Position numbers and translations under genes: made by a program. The notes below the pieces were generated by a model. It had not been told where the DNA came from and made no database searches. It worked only from the letters and a program-made list of their open reading frames with translations. Shown here piece after piece: positions 7,678 to 12,181 of a stretch of DNA of 12,181 nucleotides; position 1 is the first letter of the stretch, and every line of letters begins with the position of its first letter. Where the stretch lies: positions 1 to 12,181 of the forward strand of contig CAVZKL010000026.1 in the NCBI GenBank assembly GCA_963775895.1, written 5' to 3'. This DNA comes from Candidatus Bathyarchaeota archaeon (GTDB lineage Archaea > Thermoproteota > Bathyarchaeia > Bathyarchaeales > Bathycorpusculaceae).

Positions 7678-8508
7678 TCAATCGTTTCCAAGACGTTCTC
7701 TGCTGTTGGAGTATGTTGTTTCTCGTTCCTGTTTCTTAACCCGCGTGTCGTGGATGCTGAGGGGTTCTGTTTTCTTGTAAGAAAGTGCGGCTGCCATAAT
7801 TCCTAAGAAGAGTAGGCCCCCGAGCAGGATGAAAGCGATGGACACCTCTGATGGTATGTTGACCATCGCTGGGTTTACAAGTCCAACAATGGCTAAGATC
7901 ACCCACACTGCTGCTACGACGCCAGCGATTCCATAGCCGATCAAGCTTGAACCCTTCCGATTCTTGTAGCATTTTGAGCACAGGTACAACGTTCCACCTC
8001 GGTCTTCAAAGAGGTACAGACATCGATCGCAGAAGTTTCCGCCACAATCGTTGCATATGCCTATGGCCAAGGCGTCAGGATGGTTGGGGCACTGCTGAAC
8101 CGCTCCTCCGAGATGTGGTGGAACGAGGACGCTGGCTCCGCAGTAATTGCATTTGACTTGAACGAAGCCAGCCGGGATGAGCATTCTATAGGGTGCTCCA
8201 CACATTGGGCACGTGAAAGCCTCCTCCTTGCCATCAGGCGACATCCTAGGAGACAATTGTGGACCCTTTTTTTCCTGTCCTCCTTGTGTTTTGTCGAGGT
8301 ACGTGCAGTTTATTTCGCATGACTCTCTGTTGTCGCAAAGGTAGCAACAGAGGTCCTTTCTGCGAGAGCAGCTTTGATTTCGAGTAGCTCGTCCTTCGCC
8401 TTCGAGGACGGCTGTGCATGAACTGTGATCGGCTGCCAAGTACTCGCAGCGTGCGTCTTCTTTTTCAGACATGTGGTTCCACTGCCCAAGCGTTGTGCGT
8501 TTTTCCAT
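7678..8508 (-). CDS. Multi-zinc-finger membrane protein (Cys-rich N-terminus, zinc ribbon, B-box-like finger, 2 TM helices)
   Basis: 19 Cys: an 8-Cys N-terminal cluster (incl. CCYLC), CPMC-x16-CNYC, CPNH-x7-CNDC-x4-CDRC-x13-CSKC, then two hydrophobic helices. Alternative start at 8472. Confidence 0.8.
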   Translation of the reverse strand: MEKRTTLGQWNHMSEKEDARCEYLAADHSSCTAVLEGEGRATRNQSCSRRKDLCCYLCDNRESCEINCTYLDKTQGGQEKKGPQLSPRMSPDGKEEAFTCPMCGAPYRMLIPAGFVQVKCNYCGASVLVPPHLGGAVQQCPNHPDALAIGICNDCGGNFCDRCLYLFEDRGGTLYLCSKCYKNRKGSSLIGYGIAGVVAAVWVILAIVGLVNPAMVNIPSEVSIAFILLGGLLFLGIMAAALSYKKTEPLSIHDTRVKKQERETTYSNSRERLGND

Positions 8509-8535
8509 CGCAGGGGTTCTAGCTGTCTATCATAT

Positions 8536-8966
8536 ATGGTGCGCGCTGCGATATTTATCTGACGTTGGAGAAACGAATTTTGGGCCTGGTTTTGTGTGCT
8601 GGATCATCAAGGCGGGTGGTCGGCGGGTTTTCTGATCTAGGCTTGAACACATGTTGCGTTTGCCATGACGGATAGTGCGCGCGCTACGACATTAACAACC
8701 CTTACACCGTAATGGTATTAATGGGTCACAAAAAACTCGAAACCACACAGAAATACATGCACCTACTAAATCTCAACGAAGACGAATGGACATGCTCAGG
8801 AGCAACAACCGCAAAAGAAGCAACACAACCAATAGAAGCAGGATTCATATGCGTCTCAACAATAGAAGGAATACAACTATTCCGAAAACGCAAGTAAACA
8901 CAAATTCCCACTTTTTCTTTCAATTTGTTCCATAAGTTGCTTCAAGCCATTAATGTCGCGCTCGCA
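8536..8966. repeat. Three degenerate copies of a (GC)n-[TR]-CGAYATTWA motif (8536-8557 +, 8672-8695 +, 8950-8966 -)
   Basis: ATGGTGCGCGC--TGCGATATTTA, ATAGTGCGCGCGCTACGACATTAA, and reverse-complement TGCGAGCG-CGACATTAA. Confidence 0.55.
8694..8897 (+). pseudogene. 3' remnant of a tyrosine recombinase/integrase
   Basis: NNPYTVMVLMGHKKLETTQKY carries the box II GH and catalytic Tyr, followed by the C-terminal tail EWTC..ATTAKEA..IEAGF..V..IEGIQLFRKRK. An in-frame TAG at 8673-8675 and the absence of HxxR/box I upstream show truncation. Confidence 0.85.
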
Positions 8967-9021
8967 TCACGCTCGCGCTCCAACCCACAAAAACTTAACA
9001 ACAACTAGCGCGCGCGTGATG
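8965..9021. repeat. 15-bp inverted repeat with a 27-nt G-free loop
   Basis: CATCACGCTCGCGCT (8965-8979) and AGCGCGCGCGTGATG (9007-9021) are 14/15 complementary. Confidence 0.75.
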
Positions 9022-9041
9022 TTGACTATCTGGAAGGAGAA

Positions 9042-9161
9042 CTATCTAGAAGGAACAAGCTTCTTGCAGCAGGCAGCGCACAGGTCATTCCCCAACAGCT
9101 CGATTGCTTCCGAAGTCGTTAACTCGCGTCCACACGTGTCACAGAAAATCCTCTTTGCCAT
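9042..9161 (-). CDS. 39-aa zinc-finger microprotein (CxxC-x17-CxxC)
   Basis: MAKRIFCDTCGRELTTSEAIELLGNDLCAACCKKLVPSR*, preceded by an archaeal SD-like GGTGGTGA. Alternative ATG at 9167. Absent from the ORF track, apparently too short. Confidence 0.75.
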   Translation of the reverse strand: MAKRIFCDTCGRELTTSEAIELLGNDLCAACCKKLVPSR

Positions 9162-9442
9162 ATTCATCACCACCTTGCGAATGCCATATCACGTTAACAT
9201 TTTCCCACAGCTTTTTGCTGTTGTTTTGTTGTACGCATGCACAATATGTCTGTACCGGGACATATCGATTATAGATATATAGTATCTTACGATATAAGCC
9301 TTACTCACGACTCTGCGCCCCGAACAGACTCAAATGCTTCTTCCGACGACGTTAATAATTTTCATTTTCTTCCCAAGGGGAAGGACAAGAATGACTTTTG
9401 ATTCAAGAGCGTTTCCTTGTACGCATAAGTCGCAGAAGTACC

Positions 9443-9460
9443 TTTAGCGCGCGTGCTAAA
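9443..9460. terminator. Near-perfect palindrome just downstream of the GT2 stop (terminator or binding site)
   Basis: TTTAGCGCGCGTGCTAAA, 5 nt from the stop codon at 9466. Confidence 0.35.
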
Positions 9461-9465
9461 TCAAA

Positions 9466-10770
9466 TTACCACGTGAGCTTCCGTCTGAAGAGAACGCTAA
9501 CATATGCGCGCAACCTTATCGTATCGTATAATGGCCTATAGAAGAACACCATGAATGGAAGCAAGAATAGGTTCTTCAAGCCTGTTCTCCTTGAAGACAG
9601 TATCGTAGCTGTCAGAACACTCCAAGTTTCCAGTATCAAATAGAAACCAAAAATGACTGAGAAAACCCTCAGAAGATAGAAAGGTGACAGAAAATTCAGA
9701 ATGAAGAACCCCACAAGCCAAGTGTATCTCACGAACAATAGTACCATGTCCATGAAAACATTGTTTGGAGCAGTAAGAAGACCTGTCACGCCAACCCTTT
9801 TTCTAAAGAAGATGTCCGAATGCTTCAAGTAAACTTGGATTTGCCCAAAGGACCAACGCTTTCTCTGCTGTATCCAGCGTCCCCATTTCTCAGGCGCGTA
9901 TGTCCAAGCAATCGCCTCGGGCGCAAAGACAATCTCTCCTTTCGTCTTGTGAAGGCTAGTCGTTAAGTCAAAATCTTCAGTGATTGTATCGGCGTGCAGA
10001 CGTCCCACGGACTCCAAAACATCCCTCCGAATCGCACCAATAGCACCGGGAATGACCAGTAAACCACCTATTATTCCCTGAAAGCGTCTCCCAACCTCCA
10101 TGCTCACAAAGTACTCATAAGCCTGCAATCTCGTCAGAAAGCTCCTAGCATTAAAAACTCTCACATTTCCAGCAACACCTATCACATTGGGTCCCGACCC
10201 AAAACACTCAACAAGTTTCGAAATCGTATTCCTCTCAAGCATTGTGTCACCATCAGTATCTACAACGATATCCCCTTTTGCAAACAGAAGGCCATAATCC
10301 ATAGCCTTGGCTTTAGTTCCACTGCAGGTCTCTTTCCTAACAGCCTTGAAAATAGGGTTGTCAGCAAAACTAGTAGCCATTACGTAAGTATCATCTGTAG
10401 AACCGTCATCAACCACAATGATTTCTTTGTAAGGATAAACATCCTCAAGCAGACACTCTATCGTCCTCGTGATGTACTTACCCTCATTGTGCGCTGGAAC
10501 AACAACTGAAACTCGTAACGGCTCCTTAATGGATTGTTTTCTGGCTCCTCTTTCGAATATCTGATACAAGAAAAGGAAGAATGATCGTGCGAGAGTCTGA
10601 GGCATGTCAATGGCTATTGCAACGATGAGAAGCCAAAACATCTGCGAGAAAGAAAAACCCAAAAAGTCAACATTAAGAACAAACAGAACGACTCCAACAA
10701 GGGCAACGACTGTGAACATAAGAAAAACGGACAGAGCAACCGCAATAAGAATCAGGAGCTTTCTTTTCAT
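9466..10770 (-). CDS. Processive family-2 glycosyltransferase (PgaC/IcaA/cellulose-synthase-like)
   Basis: VVVPAHNE, VVDDGSTD, KAKAM, DTDGD (DxD), TEDFD and QRKRW (QxxRW) motifs, with N- and C-terminal TM helices. Confidence 0.92.
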   Translation of the reverse strand: MKRKLLILIAVALSVFLMFTVVALVGVVLFVLNVDFLGFSFSQMFWLLIVAIAIDMPQTLARSFFLFLYQIFERGARKQSIKEPLRVSVVVPAHNEGKYITRTIECLLEDVYPYKEIIVVDDGSTDDTYVMATSFADNPIFKAVRKETCSGTKAKAMDYGLLFAKGDIVVDTDGDTMLERNTISKLVECFGSGPNVIGVAGNVRVFNARSFLTRLQAYEYFVSMEVGRRFQGIIGGLLVIPGAIGAIRRDVLESVGRLHADTITEDFDLTTSLHKTKGEIVFAPEAIAWTYAPEKWGRWIQQRKRWSFGQIQVYLKHSDIFFRKRVGVTGLLTAPNNVFMDMVLLFVRYTWLVGFFILNFLSPFYLLRVFSVIFGFYLILETWSVLTATILSSRRTGLKNLFLLPFMVFFYRPLYDTIRLRAYVSVLFRRKLTW

Positions 10771-10847
10771 AGCAATTTCCCAACTACTAGATCAAAAACC
10801 CAGCCTTAGCGTCAACCGAATTTTCATGTCGGACCGACCTAAGCTTG

Positions 10848-11977
10848 TTATTGACTCACCTCTTCCGCCCAGACAAAATCCAAAACTCCAACCTCAACTT
10901 TCCTCGTTTCATGCTGTTCGATTAGATGTTTGGCTATCACCTCTTCCGCCCAGACAAAATCTAAAACTCCAACCTCAACTTTCCTCGTTTCATGCTGTTC
11001 GATTAGACGTTTGACCAGGGATTTAGCATTCTCAATTACCTCGAATGCGGTTTCGGCCTCAACGATCGCAATCTTGTAGCTTTTTGCCAAAGTCCTAGCT
11101 TCATCATTCAGTCGAGGCATTACGATCAGGATCTTCTCTGAAGCGCCCACGTCCATAGCCTTTGCAGAGAAAGCAAGAACTGCTACGGACCCAACAGCTT
11201 CAGCGGAAGTATTCACGTCGGCTGCGACGTACGGCTTTTCCTTTACGGGATTGTCTTCAGGGGCCCAGAAACCAAAAGCAAATTCATGCTCCACCCCAAA
11301 TTGACCTCGAATAGACGGATGGGTTTTAGCGGACCATCCGTTGACAGCTAATTGTTCGACAAGCGACCTGAAATCCAGAGTCACTCTTTCAATCAACGCT
11401 ATTTTGTCAGAGTTGAGTCTGTAAGCATAAATCTTGCGCAGAGCCTCGTCCTTCTCTTCGAAATCATGGCCGGATCACATCCGCAGAGACGTTTGGGGTC
11501 TGGAAAACGTTGTCCACAACTTTCACAGATAAACAGGATCCCTAACCTGCGAAAGTCAACGCCAATCAGCCTCAACGTTTTGCCGCATCGAGGACACCCA
11601 AGCAACTCGCCTTTCTCGAAACGCTCCTCTAAATCTAAATGACCACAATTCAAATGCTCAATTACAGATCCTTTCTTCAAGTTCGACGAACCGCAAGCAG
11701 GACAAACGATCCTCACCGTCAACTTGTGAGAGCTACATACTGGGCAAATGGCAAGGTTGCACCTAGTTTCCGCAATTAGCACGCCGACCTCTGTCAGTTC
11801 TTCCAATGACTCTGTAATTGTTTTTCGATTGGCATCTACAATGTTCTCAACTTCGGGATAACGCCATCCCTGTTCAAAAACAAACTCTGGCTGAATGACC
11901 TTTATCTTTCCATCACGAAGTGCTCTCAAGATCTCTTGAACGTCACTCTTTCGAAAAACCGGTGAGGACTCAGCCAT
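10848..11977 (-). CDS. TackOD1 (thaumarchaeal output domain)-like multi-zinc-ribbon protein fused to a restriction-endonuclease-like domain; 1-nt deletion frameshift near 11472
   Basis: I.PEF..EQGWRYP, LEEL..GVL, CPVC, CPAC, HLNCGH, CPRC, IGVDF, CESC. Adding one base in 'tgt gat cc ggc cat' continues as CDxGHDFEEKDEALRKIYAYRL into ORF 10848-11396 (IRGQFGVEHEF...AKAMDV...ILIVMPRLNDEARTLAKSYKIAIVEA), about 376 aa. SD-like GAGGT upstream. Confidence 0.8.
10856..11013. repeat. Tandem duplication, 81-bp period (77-bp matching copies, 2 mismatches)
   Basis: 10856-10932 vs 10937-11013, differing at 10881/10962 and 10927/11008; encodes LIEQHETRKVEVGVLDFVWAEEV twice. Confidence 0.95.
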
Positions 11978-12181
11978 CAGTTCTAACCTCTAAAGAATCC
12001 TGTTTACTACAACTGCTCCGTTCGAGCTAATTCACCTGCCAATGTCTTCTAGGCAATACGAATCATTCGTTCTGGTGGAAGACGGTATAATGGTTGTGAA
12101 GGCGAAATATGAATTGCTTAACTCTGCCCTTGGGTATCCGACTAGTCACGAATGCGCGCGCTCTGCAAATACTTGTGCACG

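Noticed and set aside
3820-8322. Many antisense or alternate-frame ORFs (e.g. 3820-4173, 4795-5235, 5511-5798, 7128-7523, 8080-8322)
   Set aside because: Shadows of well-supported genes with no recognisable motifs.
8712-8897. Intact small gene or SSV-type int(C) fragment
   Set aside because: Too short for the catalytic domain and no tRNA-derived att sequence at the junction; treated as a remnant.
8953-9282. 109-aa plus-strand ORF
   Set aside because: No motif; overlaps the stem-loop and is antisense to the better-supported zinc-finger microprotein.
10856-11013. Possible CRISPR array
   Set aside because: Only two long adjacent copies, no spacers, in-frame within a CDS, and no cas genes.
10604-11642. 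Plus-strand ORFs 10604-11014 and 11352-11642
   Set aside because: Antisense to the GT2 and TackOD1 genes; their repeat content merely mirrors the 81-bp duplication.

Overview
Archaeal chromosomal window. The gene families (expanded Lrp/AsnC type, TackOD1 domain, tyrosine-integrase C-terminus, TATA/BRE promoters) point to a TACK archaeon, probably Bathyarchaeia-like; this is an inference. Left to right: a frameshifted membrane-anchored protein, tRNA-Ser(GCT) on the minus strand, a membrane-tethered wHTH regulator followed by a palindrome cluster and a triply frameshifted DUF4382-like surface glycoprotein, methylglyoxal synthase (mgsA), an Lrp/AsnC regulator, a PrsW-family protease, Bcp peroxiredoxin, L-lactate dehydrogenase, a stand-alone DUF2156 protein and a multi-zinc-finger/B-box membrane protein. 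From about 8.5 kb the region looks accessory: a tyrosine-integrase 3' remnant bracketed by degenerate (GC)n-CGAYATTWA motifs, a 15-bp stem-loop, a 39-aa zinc-finger microprotein absent from the ORF track, a processive GT2 (PgaC/cellulose-synthase-like), and a frameshifted TackOD1 plus degenerate PD-(D/E)XK protein with an 81-bp tandem duplication. Five single-base frameshifts in three genes may be sequencing errors. All family assignments come from motif recognition by eye, not from database searches.
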